The position numbers and the translations under genes were made by a program. A model generated the notes under the pieces. It was not told the origin of the DNA, ran no database searches, and saw only the letters and a list, made by a program, of their open reading frames with translations. Source: a virus (Duplodnaviria > Caudoviricetes). Taken from it: a stretch of 57,283 bases of DNA. The DNA lies in the IMG/VR virus record IMGVR_UViG_3300034196_000024, positions 1 through 57,283 of that record; one strand, written 5' to 3'. Shown here piece after piece: positions 38,719-48,680 of the stretch. How positions within the stretch are numbered: the stretch's first letter is position 1; the number at the start of each line of letters is the position of its first letter.

Positions 38719-39248
38719 CCGCCGATGACGTGCCCGGCTGGGACCGCTTGAGCAAGCTGCTCGAGGCCCAGAGGGAGCTGCAGCTTCACGCCAAGCCGCT
38801 CAACCGTGACCCGAGCAAGATCACCGATCCCGAGGAGAGGGCCCAGTTCATCAAGGACATGGTGCTGGCCCTCACCGACGAGCTGCACGAGGCGCTCGAT
38901 GAGGTCGGGTGGAAGCCCTGGGCTACATCCCGACACGTGAACCGGGACGCCTACATGGGCGAGCTCATCGATGCCTTCCACTTCTTCATGAACCTCATGC
39001 TGGTGGTCGACATGACCGCCGACGAGCTCTTCTTGGGGTACATGGAGAAGCGGCAGAGGAACAAGGCTCGGTGGGCTGCCGAGGGTGGCTACACCGGTCT
39101 CGACAAGTGCTCCGAGTGCAAGCGGGCCATCGACGACATCGCTCACCACCTGGGGTTGCCCAAGGAGCGAGTCTTCGTACATGGGCCTGATCGGGGACTG
39201 CTTGTCTGCCTCGAGTGCGCTGGGCACCCGGTGATCGTCGATGACTGA
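38715..39248 (+). CDS. MazG-like/dimeric dUTPase-family NTP pyrophosphatase with C-terminal Zn finger
   Basis: DELHEALDEVGWKPW...GELIDAFHF; CSEC...CLEC. Confidence 0.85.
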   Translation: MTADDVPGWDRLSKLLEAQRELQLHAKPLNRDPSKITDPEERAQFIKDMVLALTDELHEALDEVGWKPWATSRHVNRDAYMGELIDAFHFFMNLMLVVDMTADELFLGYMEKRQRNKARWAAEGGYTGLDKCSECKRAIDDIAHHLGLPKERVFVHGPDRGLLVCLECAGHPVIVDD

Positions 39249-39390
39249 GAAGCCGCCCATCCCTCGGTCTGCTGAGATCTTCGCTCAGCTGATGACCATC
39301 CTGGTCATGATCGCTCTGTTTGGTCTCGCCCTCGTGCTCGCCGCCCTGATCTTCTTCGGATTCATCACTCTCCTTGGAGCCATCCTGTGA
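39241..39390 (+). CDS. Small membrane protein
   Basis: 49 aa, long hydrophobic run, overlaps both neighbours. Confidence 0.55.
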   Translation: MTEKPPIPRSAEIFAQLMTILVMIALFGLALVLAALIFFGFITLLGAIL

Positions 39391-40418
39391 GGTCGTACTC
39401 CGCCGATACCCTGACCGAGCTGCACGAAATGCTCTGTCGCTCCCTGATCGAAGCCAAGGAGGACGAGCTGGATGTCATCAGCTCGGTGGATGTCCAGATC
39501 CACGATGTCATCGCCGAGGCCAAGTCGATGGCCTGGGAGTTCGACCTGAAGTCCATGTGGCTGACCAAGAGCCGCTGGTCACAGATGGTCCGCCAGTACA
39601 TCGACCCCGAGGAGCTCGAGGCCTGGATCGGCAACTGCACGGCCAAGATCGGAACCAAGGGTCGGGGGATCGCGGTTCTTCGTACCAAGGTCGTCAAGCC
39701 TCGGGGTGGGGCCGCAACGGGGCACACCAACAAGGAGACCCGACGCTGGGGCTCTTGCATGCTGGCCATCTCGTACAAGGCTCGCCCTCGGCCCCAGATC
39801 ACCCTCCACTCGCGTACCTCCTACCTGGGGTATATCGGAGCTCTCGACCTCTCAGTGGCCTGGATGATCGCGAGGTACCTGGCCAAGGAGATGGGGATCA
39901 AGGTCGAGGACATCTCCTTCGTCTGGCAGATCGAGGCGATCCAGTGGCACAACTTCAAGTCGCTGGCCTACGTGCTGAACCACAAGGACGTCGAGATCAG
40001 GGACAACTACCGGGCCATGCTTGCGGGTGAGGCCAGTAGCTTGACGGTGCCTCAGAAGCGATCCGTCCTCGCGGCCCCAGCCCTGAAGCTTTCGCGCAAG
40101 TGGCTCCGCAAGGTGGTTGCCGACGACGTTGCCGGCCGCACCTATGGCGACATGACCTACAACACCTTCCGCCGGATCGTGAGGCGCTTCCACACCGAGG
40201 TCTACGGTGAGGACTACGCTCGGGGCTTCGAGGGGTGGAGCTACTACAAGAAGGGGGAGAATGCTGGAGAGCAGAAGGAGTTCTTCAAGTTCTACCCCTT
40301 GCTCCCTCACTGCTCGATCGATACCCTTGACTTCTCGCCGATCGGTATGCCGATCACTCGGAAGTACGGCGAACCCTTCGTCGGAGGCGAAACAGAGGAG
40401 GATGACGACGATGAGTGA
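39387..40418 (+). CDS. Divergent thymidylate-synthase-fold protein
   Basis: GSCMLAISY...ITLHSRTSYLGYIGALDL...FVWQIEAIQWH parallels TS PCH...QRSCDVFLGLPFNI...FVWTGGDTHLY. Confidence 0.6.
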   Translation: MRSYSADTLTELHEMLCRSLIEAKEDELDVISSVDVQIHDVIAEAKSMAWEFDLKSMWLTKSRWSQMVRQYIDPEELEAWIGNCTAKIGTKGRGIAVLRTKVVKPRGGAATGHTNKETRRWGSCMLAISYKARPRPQITLHSRTSYLGYIGALDLSVAWMIARYLAKEMGIKVEDISFVWQIEAIQWHNFKSLAYVLNHKDVEIRDNYRAMLAGEASSLTVPQKRSVLAAPALKLSRKWLRKVVADDVAGRTYGDMTYNTFRRIVRRFHTEVYGEDYARGFEGWSYYKKGENAGEQKEFFKFYPLLPHCSIDTLDFSPIGMPITRKYGEPFVGGETEEDDDDE

Positions 40419-40629
40419 CCGTCCGATTAACAGTACGGTCTCGATGGATGTACAACAGCTCACCATCGGGCAGCTGCGGGAGTTCTTGGACGCGATCAAC
40501 TGGGCTCCCGCTACGACTCCCATCCGACTGACCGAGCACCGAGGTAATCAGCTCGACCCCACCTACTGGACGATCCAGGCGACTGTCCCCCTTCGCCCCC
40601 CTGCCCGATCAACCGTCGACCCGTACTAG
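40411..40629 (+). CDS. Hypothetical protein
   Basis: GGAGG upstream; LTIGQLREFL. Confidence 0.55.
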   Translation: MSDRPINSTVSMDVQQLTIGQLREFLDAINWAPATTPIRLTEHRGNQLDPTYWTIQATVPLRPPARSTVDPY

Positions 40630-40668
40630 ACGCTTTGACCCGCTTCCCTGCGATCCTGGAGAACTGAT

Positions 40669-41535
40669 ATGACCCTCACTGCACGATCGGGCGACGACTT
40701 CGAGGCCCTGTTCAAGTACTTCCAGCACGAGCTCATCCAGACCGACATCGTCGCCACGGGCGAGTGGCAGTCGCAGGACATCAGCGACAAGCCCATGCTC
40801 GCGACCTACGAGATGACCAACGTCAGCTTCGACCTCGCCCTCCCGGCTGGTGTGGAACAGTTGGCCGAGATCACCGGCGCACACCTGCCCTGGGCTGAGG
40901 ACCACTTCCAGGAGCGAGTCGGGGGCGAGCCGCTGAACCCGCCTCCCGCTGAGGAGTGGTGGCCCTTCGCTCAGAAGGTCAACCGCGACCACAAGTCCGA
41001 GGCTGGGGGGAAGTTCTCGCACACCTACCCCGAGCGCATGTGGCCGAAGTGGGCAGGCGAGACCTATGAGGACATGAGCGAGTCCATCTCGGTCGCCTGG
41101 GAACCCATGCACGGCATCCGGTTCGACTATGGCGATCTGCAGGACGTGGTCAACCAGCTCGCTCGGGGACCACTCACTCGGCAGGCCTACCTACCCATCT
41201 GGTTCCCCGAGGACACGGGTGCGGTGCACGGCAAGCGGGTCCCCTGCACGCTCGGGTACCACTTCATGATCCGCAACAACCTGCTTCAGATCACGTACTA
41301 CATGCGCTCGTGCGACCTCATCCGCCACTTCCAGGACGACGTCTACATGGCTGGCCGCCTCGCCCAGTGGGTGGTTAACGAGCTGAACAGCCTTTGGACG
41401 CACCAGGGGGGTACTGGCCAGCCTCCGCTGAAGGTCGGGTCGCTCTACATGCACATCGTCAGTCTCCACTGCTTCGCCGGCGACCAGGCGATGATGAGCT
41501 ACCGAGACAAGAAGGGCCTGGCATGGAACGTCTGA
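40669..41535 (+). CDS. Thymidylate synthase-family dNMP (hydroxy)methylase, dCMP-type specificity residue
   Basis: HTYPER, TRQAY, RVPCTLGYHF, MRSCDLIRHFQDD, SLHCF. Confidence 0.88.
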   Translation: MTLTARSGDDFEALFKYFQHELIQTDIVATGEWQSQDISDKPMLATYEMTNVSFDLALPAGVEQLAEITGAHLPWAEDHFQERVGGEPLNPPPAEEWWPFAQKVNRDHKSEAGGKFSHTYPERMWPKWAGETYEDMSESISVAWEPMHGIRFDYGDLQDVVNQLARGPLTRQAYLPIWFPEDTGAVHGKRVPCTLGYHFMIRNNLLQITYYMRSCDLIRHFQDDVYMAGRLAQWVVNELNSLWTHQGGTGQPPLKVGSLYMHIVSLHCFAGDQAMMSYRDKKGLAWNV

Positions 41536-42071
41536 CTCGGCCTGAGATGCTTATGGAGATGGCCCAGATCGTCGCCAAGCGGGGTACTTGCCCCCGGCTC
41601 CAGGTGGGCGCGGTCTTCAGCAAGGAAGGCCGGGTGATCGCCATGGGCTATAACGGAGTACCGGCCGGCCTCCCCCACTGCGAGCACATCCTCTGGGAAG
41701 TGGGCAAGGGTACGCCCTGTCCCGAAGAGCTCAAGGCCACGGCTCGGCACTTCAAGATCTTGCCTAAGCCGGGCTATACCTGGGAATGGGATGGACAGGC
41801 GCTCAACGTCTACCAGGGCTCGGAAGTCCGGGGCTGTCAGCGAGCTGAGCACGCCGAGCGGAATGGCATCGCCTTCGCTGCTCGCTATGGGGTGGCACTC
41901 GATGGGAGCGAACTGCATGTGACTCACGCCCCCTGTGCGGCCTGCGCCATGAGCATCATCAATGCCGGCATCGTCACCGTGACTTACGACACTCCGTACC
42001 GCATCACTGCTGGTGTGGAGCTGCTCAGAAGCGCGGGACTCGAGGTCATTGCCCTCCGGCTTCTCGAGTGA
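41523..42071 (+). CDS. dCMP deaminase family protein
   Basis: RGTCPRLQVGA, GYNG, HAE, PCAAC. Confidence 0.92.
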   Translation: MERLTRPEMLMEMAQIVAKRGTCPRLQVGAVFSKEGRVIAMGYNGVPAGLPHCEHILWEVGKGTPCPEELKATARHFKILPKPGYTWEWDGQALNVYQGSEVRGCQRAEHAERNGIAFAARYGVALDGSELHVTHAPCAACAMSIINAGIVTVTYDTPYRITAGVELLRSAGLEVIALRLLE

Positions 42072-42082
42072 TAGGATGACTC

Positions 42083-42232
42083 ATGCGCTACTTCTATTGC
42101 CCCAAGTGCCGAGCTCTGCTTCATCCCGTAGAGGTGAATCAGAAGGACCTGACTCACGAGCTCATGGTCTTCCTGACCGCTTCCGGTGAGGAGCGATCCG
42201 TCATTCACACGGGCCTCATCCAGGAGGACTGA
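42083..42232 (+). CDS. Small CxxC protein, leaderless
   Basis: MRYFYCPKC; TAGGAT -10 box 5 nt upstream. Confidence 0.5.
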   Translation: MRYFYCPKCRALLHPVEVNQKDLTHELMVFLTASGEERSVIHTGLIQED

Positions 42233-42235
42233 CCG

Positions 42236-42430
42236 ATGGCCACATTCGAAGAGACCGAAGACTCGATCACCGAGTCTAGCGCGGTCATTGTCGACATGAC
42301 CTGGGACGAACTGAAGCGGCTGCCGGGCATGAACCGCATCCGGAAGGGCATGCTGCGCGCTGCTCTCGAGCACTGGGTCGAGTTCGGGTATGTCGTGGTG
42401 CCTGACGACTACCGCGAAGATGAGGCCTGA
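42236..42430 (+). CDS. Hypothetical protein
   Basis: AGGAGG RBS, 64 aa. Confidence 0.6.
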   Translation: MATFEETEDSITESSAVIVDMTWDELKRLPGMNRIRKGMLRAALEHWVEFGYVVVPDDYREDEA

Positions 42431-44973
42431 TGCTCCAGGGGATTCGTAACCCCAACTGTACGATGTGCAAGTTGCATCGGGCAACTGAAGTAGTCTGTAA
42501 GATCGGGTCGGGGCCGCCTTCTGCCAAGATCATGGTGGTCGGCAAGATGCCCAACTCTCGTGACTACCAACGCGACTTCGAGATGCAGCTGCTCGAGCTG
42601 GGGCTAGACCCCGGGGAGATTTACTACACCCAGGCACTGAAGTGCCGAACGTTCGACCTGAACCCCAGCAATGGGGATGTGAAGAAGTGCAAGCCCTACC
42701 TTGACCAGGAGATCGAGCAGGTTCAGCCAAAGTTCATCTTGGCCCTAGGTAACGAAGCCCTTCTTGCTACCACCGGTAAGTCGGGCATTACCAAGTATCG
42801 CGGCCGGCCGTTCGATCACCCGAGCGGGGCTAAGGTTCTTGCCACTGTTTCACCATCAGCGGTCAACAGAAACCCCGGCCAGAAGCCTGCATACATGGCC
42901 GATCTTCGTCTCTTCGTTAACTTGGTCAAGGGTCTGGATGGGGGCATCAAGAAGCCCAAGTACTTGACTGTTGATACCAAGGAAAAGCTGAAGAAGCTTG
43001 AGAAGATCCTCACCCGCTGTCTCGAGATCGACTTCGACATAGAGACCACTGGTGAGTACTATCGTGATGATGGCAAGATCGTCTCGCTCTCAGCTACCTG
43101 CGAGATTCTGGGGGATGATGGCAAGGTTAGGCTGTTCGTCTTCGCCATCCCTCTCTATCACCCCGAGTCAGTCTGGCAGCGATCCTGGAAAGCGGTGCTT
43201 CGGTTCCTCAAGAAGGTCTTCGAGAGGATTCCCAAGGTAGTCGCTCACAACTCATCGTTCGACTGCAAGTGGATGGTCTGGAATGGGGTCGAGATGCTGC
43301 CCACATTCGACACCATGCTCGCTGTCCACATCTTGAATGAGAACGTACAAAAGGGCCTCAAGCCCCAGGCACAGGCCCGACTGGGTGTGGAACCCTGGGG
43401 TATCGATACGAGAGACCTGCTCTCCCAGCCATTGTCTGACATTCTGCCCTACAATGTTCTAGACACTTGGTACATGTATCACATTCGACAGCAGTTGAAG
43501 AAGGAGCTGAAAGAACAGCCCCGTCTTGCCCGAGTGCTGATGAAGCTCACCATGCCGGCACAGCGCGACCTGATCTACTCCGAGATTCGTGGGATTTGGA
43601 TCGACGTAGACCGGCTCAAGGAACGCCACCCTATCGCTCTCGAGAACTTGCGCGAGGTTGAGCAACGCATTCGGATAGCCGCCAATCTGGGGACTGACAA
43701 GGATGACCCCTGGGGTAGTACCTACCCTGGCCACCCTGACTGGCCGGTAGATGCTAAGGGTAAGCCACGGGCTGAGAACTTCAACGCCTCGATCTTCGCA
43801 CGATGGATGCTCTTCGAGTGGTGCGAGCTGCCCATTGCGGAGCGCGGTAAGGACAAGGATGATGGCCGGCCGGGTGACCCCAGCATGGCTGAGGGTGTTC
43901 TCATGGCTCTTAAGGACTTGCACCCTGTAGTACCCGCCATGCTCGATCGAGTAACCAAGCAGAAACACATCAGTAGCTTCTTCAACCCTTACTTGGAGCT
44001 GTACGATGAGGAATGGCGAATCCATACTAACTTCAAGCTCGCTGGCACCGTTACAGGTCGGCTCAGTAGTGGAAAGGACGACGCTGATAAGATATCTGGA
44101 CGCGCGGGCAAACTTAGGGGTGTTAACCTCCAGCAAGTACCTCGTGATCCGTTTATCCGAGGACTCTTTGGAGCTCCTCCCGGTTGGACATTCGTTGAAG
44201 CCGACTACTCGCAGGTCGAGCTCCGAATCGCCGCCTTCCTAGCCAACGAGACAACGATGAAGCACCTCTACTCCATCGGTGCTGACATCCACACCATCAC
44301 GGCAGCTCGCATCGCAGGTATCCCCGAGAGCGCGATGACGAAGAAGATCCGCAAGGAACTGGGTAAGCCGGTTAACTTCGGCTTCCTCTATGGCATGGGT
44401 TGGAAGAAGTTCATCCAGACGGCCTTCGAGACCTACGGTTCGTCCTTCGACGAAGCCGGGGCACGAGCTGCTCGAGAGACCTACTTCCAGCTCTACCCCA
44501 AGCTTCTCCCCTGGCACAATCGGCAGCGACGCCTGGTCAATGAGTACGGTCGCGTAGAGAGCCCCCTAGGACGCGTGAGGCACCTGCCTGACATCAACTC
44601 GCCCGACGAAGGGGTGCGCCGCGAAGCCGAACGACAGGCGATCAACTCACCCGTGCAGGGGTTCGCTTCTGACCTCGCCGTACTGAGCATGATCCATGTT
44701 AACCGGCAATTCAGAGAACGCAACATCGCAGCACACTGCCTGGGGTTGGTACATGACGCCATTAACCTCGAGGTTCGCAATGACATGCTGAGTCAAGCAC
44801 TACCCATTCTGAAGGATACGATGGAAGATATGAGCATTGTACGCAAGACCTTCGGGGTGCATGTCGACATCCCCATCGTCGCTGATGTCTCGGTGGGGCA
44901 GCACTGGGGTGACAAGAAAGAGCTCACCCCTGACCAGGTCTACGACTTCAAGCTGGAATACAAGGGAGCATGA
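42430..44973 (+). CDS. polA: Family A DNA polymerase with N-terminal family-4 UDG-like domain and 3'-5' exonuclease
   Basis: CxxCxL...ALKCR...CKPYL..EI...P..I..LG; DIET, HNSSFD; [21 protein letters not shown]. Confidence 0.95.
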   Translation: MLQGIRNPNCTMCKLHRATEVVCKIGSGPPSAKIMVVGKMPNSRDYQRDFEMQLLELGLDPGEIYYTQALKCRTFDLNPSNGDVKKCKPYLDQEIEQVQPKFILALGNEALLATTGKSGITKYRGRPFDHPSGAKVLATVSPSAVNRNPGQKPAYMADLRLFVNLVKGLDGGIKKPKYLTVDTKEKLKKLEKILTRCLEIDFDIETTGEYYRDDGKIVSLSATCEILGDDGKVRLFVFAIPLYHPESVWQRSWKAVLRFLKKVFERIPKVVAHNSSFDCKWMVWNGVEMLPTFDTMLAVHILNENVQKGLKPQAQARLGVEPWGIDTRDLLSQPLSDILPYNVLDTWYMYHIRQQLKKELKEQPRLARVLMKLTMPAQRDLIYSEIRGIWIDVDRLKERHPIALENLREVEQRIRIAANLGTDKDDPWGSTYPGHPDWPVDAKGKPRAENFNASIFARWMLFEWCELPIAERGKDKDDGRPGDPSMAEGVLMALKDLHPVVPAMLDRVTKQKHISSFFNPYLELYDEEWRIHTNFKLAGTVTGRLSSGKDDADKISGRAGKLRGVNLQQVPRDPFIRGLFGAPPGWTFVEADYSQVELRIAAFLANETTMKHLYSIGADIHTITAARIAGIPESAMTKKIRKELGKPVNFGFLYGMGWKKFIQTAFETYGSSFDEAGARAARETYFQLYPKLLPWHNRQRRLVNEYGRVESPLGRVRHLPDINSPDEGVRREAERQAINSPVQGFASDLAVLSMIHVNRQFRERNIAAHCLGLVHDAINLEVRNDMLSQALPILKDTMEDMSIVRKTFGVHVDIPIVADVSVGQHWGDKKELTPDQVYDFKLEYKGA

Positions 44974-45365
44974 TGAGGATTCTTGTTACCGGGTCTCGAG
45001 ACTGGGATGACCGGGAGGCTGTTAAGGAGGCCCTCTACCGAGCATTCAATGCTCAGCCTCGTGATTGGACTGGGGGGTTTGAGAACCCATATGATGTGAC
45101 TCTAGTTTCCGGGGCCTGTCCCACCGGAGCTGATCGCATCGCTGAGGAAGTCTGGGCAGAACAGGGGCTACCCATCGAGCGACACCCCGCTGACTGGGAA
45201 ACCTATGGAAAATGGGCCGGGTTTCGTCGTAATGCCGAGATGGTTCGCCTGGGGGCTGACCTTTGTCTCGCCTTCATCAAGAACCAGTCCAAGGGGGCAA
45301 TTCACACCGCAGGACTAGCTGAGGCCGCGGGTATCCCCACTACTCGATACACCATGGAGTCATGA
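44970..45365 (+). CDS. SLOG/YspA-like (DUF2493) protein
   Basis: [30 protein letters not shown]. Confidence 0.85.
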   Translation: MMRILVTGSRDWDDREAVKEALYRAFNAQPRDWTGGFENPYDVTLVSGACPTGADRIAEEVWAEQGLPIERHPADWETYGKWAGFRRNAEMVRLGADLCLAFIKNQSKGAIHTAGLAEAAGIPTTRYTMES

Positions 45366-45526
45366 TGGACTGGCTTGACATCGTTCGTAACTCCAAGACT
45401 GTGGTTCTCTATGAGGGGCGTAAGGGGTACCCTCCTCGGCCCGACACTGATAAGCCCGTCAAGTACGTGGGGAGGGGTATACCCACCGATAGTCGGGATG
45501 GCGATATCTGGGAGCAGCCGGTCTGA
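45362..45526 (+). CDS. 54 aa peptide ending in DGDIW motif
   Basis: ATGA and TGATG overlaps with both neighbours; ...[16 protein letters not shown]. Confidence 0.6.
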   Translation: MMDWLDIVRNSKTVVLYEGRKGYPPRPDTDKPVKYVGRGIPTDSRDGDIWEQPV

Positions 45527-45729
45527 TGATCAGAACACCAGAAGAGAAAGCCGCTCAAGCGGAGTACATGCGGGAGTATCGTCGACGGAACCCGCAGGTG
45601 AAGGTCAACCAACGCAGGAATGCCAAGATTCGTCAGAAAGCTCTCCTGGCTCTTGCTCGACTACACCCCAAGGAGTTTGAACTCCTAGTAGTTCGGGAAC
45701 GAGAGAAGATGGAGGGGTCACATGACTGA
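45526..45729 (+). CDS. Small basic protein
   Basis: AEYMREYRRRN. Confidence 0.6.
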   Translation: MIRTPEEKAAQAEYMREYRRRNPQVKVNQRRNAKIRQKALLALARLHPKEFELLVVREREKMEGSHD

Positions 45730-45952
45730 GTGCCACACCCCCGCTGATCACTGCGGGTTCCCCCGAGACCATGATCGTCACCCCATGAGCGATGGTCAGC
45801 AGATATGCACAGGGAAGGCATGCCCCGTCGCTGCCGAGCGACTTGCCCAGGCCAATGCCGAGATCAATGAGAGGGGAAGATTTACGGTTGACAATGGCTA
45901 GGGTGTTGATATGATTGCTACAAGGCAATTCGATCAACAAGGAGTTGAACGC

Positions 45953-46132
45953 ATGAAGAGCTTTGTAGTCGCCCGCACAGGGTCCGGTCGCCCCTCGCTG
46001 ATGCACCTGACCGACACGAACATCCTTGTTACCAGGTGCGGACTCATCATGCGAGGCTGGTCCCGCGCTTACACAAACACCCCTATCCCTGCCATCCTCT
46101 GCAAGAAGTGCGCGAAGAAGGTGAACCTATGA
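45953..46132 (+). CDS. Small Cys/His protein
   Basis: AAGGAG RBS; MH...C...CKKC; TTGACA at 45888. Confidence 0.55.
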   Translation: MKSFVVARTGSGRPSLMHLTDTNILVTRCGLIMRGWSRAYTNTPIPAILCKKCAKKVNL

Positions 46133-46332
46133 AGAAGCGACGCTACCGCTGCAACAGAGAGCACAAGTTCATCTTCTGGACCGAGCTCGATGCCAAGATG
46201 GCCCTCGCCACCCGGGTGTGGAAGGACAAGGGCGAGATCAGGTACTATCCCTGCGGCGATCACTTCCACCTCACCAGTCAGGAGCGGAAAGGGCAAACCT
46301 CCGAGTCGTTGACCAGTTCTTCCGCTGCATGA
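46129..46332 (+). CDS. Small Cys/His protein
   Basis: ATGA overlap; C..HK.F....A...RYYPCGDHFHLTS. Confidence 0.55.
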   Translation: MKKRRYRCNREHKFIFWTELDAKMALATRVWKDKGEIRYYPCGDHFHLTSQERKGQTSESLTSSSAA

Positions 46333-46336
46333 TAGA

Positions 46337-47515
46337 GTGATGGCTCAACAGAGGAGGAACATGTCTACAGACCTGGGAATGCCCGCCGCCTCGCGGGAAG
46401 ACTTCGAGGAAGGCCGCGACCGCAAGGCCATCGCTGAGGTTATGGCTGGGCTCTACTGGGACCCCGAGGCCAACGATGGCCAGGGGGCACGCATCAGTAC
46501 GCACTCCATGCTGAAGACCTTCCGCCGATGCCCCAAGCAGGCGGAGTTCAAGTACGTCCATCGGTTGAAGCCCCGAGTTCTGGGCTCACCGCTGAAGCGG
46601 GGGACCTGGGTCCACCAGCTGCTCGAGGTTCACCACCAGGGTCAGGACTGGCGCCCTCTTCACGCCAAGCTCAGCGCTCAGTTCGCGCAGCTCTTCGACG
46701 AGGAGAAGGACTACTACGGTGACATGCCGACCGAGATCAAGGTCATCATGGAGTCGTACGAGTGGCACTACGCCGCTGACCCCTGGAAGGTTCTCGAGAC
46801 TGAGTTCCAGATCGAGACTGAGTTTCCCGATGGCACCATCTACCGGGGTAAGGTTGACGCGCTCATCGAGAACCAGTTCGGGCTCTGGGTGGTCGACCAC
46901 AAGACGCACAAGACCCTCCCCGATCACAGCTTCCGGCTTCTCGACGCACAGTCTGCTCTGTATCTCTGGGCCTGTCTGCGCAACAAGATCCCTGTCCAGG
47001 GCTTCATCTGGAACTATGTTCGGTGGAAGGCTCCGAGCATACCGCAGATCGTCGATCGCAACCGTCGGCTCTCCAAGAGTGCTTGCGACACTGACTACCC
47101 GACGATGTACCGAACGCTGAAGAAGTACAAGGCCGAGTACCCCACATTCACCATCTCGGATGACGATCGCGCGAAGCTTCGCCGACTGAAGGCTCAGCGC
47201 TACGAGTTCGGCCGGCCGCAGGAGTCTTCCTTCTTCCGTCGCGACACTCTCGAGAAGAGTCGAGGCATGCTTCGCCGAGTGGCTTTGGAGAATTACGTGA
47301 CCTCTCTGAGGATGCACGGATACGACTTCTCTAACCCCGATCGCGTCGAGCGAGTCGTCGAGCGAGGCTGCACCTTCAGCTGCAGTTACACCGACATCTG
47401 TTCCGCCGAACTGAAGGGGGCCAACCTGAAGCCGCTCATCAAGCAGAACTACACCACCGGCGACCCGAACAGCTACTACAACGACAAGGCCGGCGACGTG
47501 CCGGAGAAGGAGTGA
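46337..47515 (+). CDS. PD-(D/E)xK exonuclease (RecB/Cas4-like)
   Basis: SMLKTFRRCP, GTWVH, GKVDAL...VVDHKT, Q..LY, C..SC.Y..IC; start may be 46361. Confidence 0.85.
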   Translation: MMAQQRRNMSTDLGMPAASREDFEEGRDRKAIAEVMAGLYWDPEANDGQGARISTHSMLKTFRRCPKQAEFKYVHRLKPRVLGSPLKRGTWVHQLLEVHHQGQDWRPLHAKLSAQFAQLFDEEKDYYGDMPTEIKVIMESYEWHYAADPWKVLETEFQIETEFPDGTIYRGKVDALIENQFGLWVVDHKTHKTLPDHSFRLLDAQSALYLWACLRNKIPVQGFIWNYVRWKAPSIPQIVDRNRRLSKSACDTDYPTMYRTLKKYKAEYPTFTISDDDRAKLRRLKAQRYEFGRPQESSFFRRDTLEKSRGMLRRVALENYVTSLRMHGYDFSNPDRVERVVERGCTFSCSYTDICSAELKGANLKPLIKQNYTTGDPNSYYNDKAGDVPEKE

Positions 47516-47628
47516 GATCATGGACAAGCGACACACCGTCGTCACGACTACCTACACCTACGACACGGAAGGTCGACCGGAAAAGGTGGTCGTGGAGACC
47601 GTGAGTGAGTACACCGAGGAGCCCTCTC

Positions 47629-47847
47629 ATGACTGACAGCACTGGCGGGCACTACACTGCCGTCGTGGAGATCGTGCACTCCACACCGAAGACGATCCTC
47701 AACAACACTCGGGGGATCGGCACGAGCACGGAATCGGCGGAGCGAGTGAAGCGAGATGTCGCGCGGGTCATCATCCGCAGTGATAGCATTGCTGATCTCA
47801 CCGCACAGGTGCAGGCCCATCTCGCTCTCGTGAAGGACTACCGCTGA
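47629..47847 (+). CDS. Hypothetical protein
   Basis: GAGGAG RBS; TGATG coupled to next gene. Confidence 0.55.
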   Translation: MTDSTGGHYTAVVEIVHSTPKTILNNTRGIGTSTESAERVKRDVARVIIRSDSIADLTAQVQAHLALVKDYR

Positions 47848-48647
47848 TGGCAGGTAAGGACTACAAAGCGATCGCTGCGAAGCGGATCCATCGGCCGGCG
47901 GACATCAAGAGGAAGCCCAAGCTTCTGGTCTACTCCCGCAACAAGAAGGGGAAGACCACTTTCAGCCTCTCCGCCGGCATCGACAAGACCCTCGTCCTTG
48001 ACCCCGAGCACGGCACCGACGAGATGAAGCTGAAGAACCCGAACGTCTGGCCCATCGATCGCTGGGAAGACATCGACGACGCCTTCTACTATCTCCGTGG
48101 GGGTGATCACCCGTACCTCTGGGTTTCGGTCGATGGCATGACCAAGTTCGCCAACCTCGCGCTGAAGTACGTGATGCGGCTTCAGGAGGAGAAGTCCCTC
48201 GACCGCATCCCCGGCATGGTCCAGCAACGGGACTACGGCAAGGCCGGGGAGCTGATGAAGGACATGATCGAGCGGTTCCACAAGCTAGACATGGGGGTTG
48301 TCTTCACTGCTCAGGAGAGGCAGGAAGACCCCGGTGACAGCGAGGAAGATGAGGACTCAGAGGATGCCTCGGGGTCCATCTACATCCCCGACTTGCCGCG
48401 CGGGGTCAGGGGGTACCTCAACTCCATCGTCGACGTGATCGGCCGGCTCTATGTGGTCAATGTCGACGGAGTCTCCGAACGACGACTCTGGCTCAGTGAG
48501 TCGATCAGGTACGACACCGGGTATCGGTCTGACTTCGGGCCGCTCCCGGACTACCTTCGCAAGCCCACGATCCCTCGACTGGTCCTGCTCATGAGGACCG
48601 GCTCGAGCACCCGACCGGCAACGCCGGCCACCAAGACCCCTCGCTAA
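47847..48647 (+). CDS. AAA_24/Sak4-like ATPase
   Basis: LLVYSRNKKGKTT, LDPEHG, VSVDGMT, VVFTAQE, VDVIG. Confidence 0.8.
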   Translation: MAGKDYKAIAAKRIHRPADIKRKPKLLVYSRNKKGKTTFSLSAGIDKTLVLDPEHGTDEMKLKNPNVWPIDRWEDIDDAFYYLRGGDHPYLWVSVDGMTKFANLALKYVMRLQEEKSLDRIPGMVQQRDYGKAGELMKDMIERFHKLDMGVVFTAQERQEDPGDSEEDEDSEDASGSIYIPDLPRGVRGYLNSIVDVIGRLYVVNVDGVSERRLWLSESIRYDTGYRSDFGPLPDYLRKPTIPRLVLLMRTGSSTRPATPATKTPR

Positions 48648-48680
48648 GCGCTTAGCGGGACAAGGAAAGGAAACCGCAAC

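Noticed and set aside
42430-44973. Intein or intron in the polymerase
   Set aside because: Extra length is explained by the UDG-like domain; no splice-junction or homing endonuclease motifs seen
45375-45680. ORF 45375-45680 and TTGACA at 45375 as a promoter
   Set aside because: The region is better explained by the coupled 45362-45526 and 45526-45729 ORFs; no good -10 box at the right spacing
46337-47515. Cas4-like nuclease as evidence for CRISPR-Cas
   Set aside because: No repeat-spacer array or other cas genes; the context with Sak4-like ATPase and SSB indicates recombination
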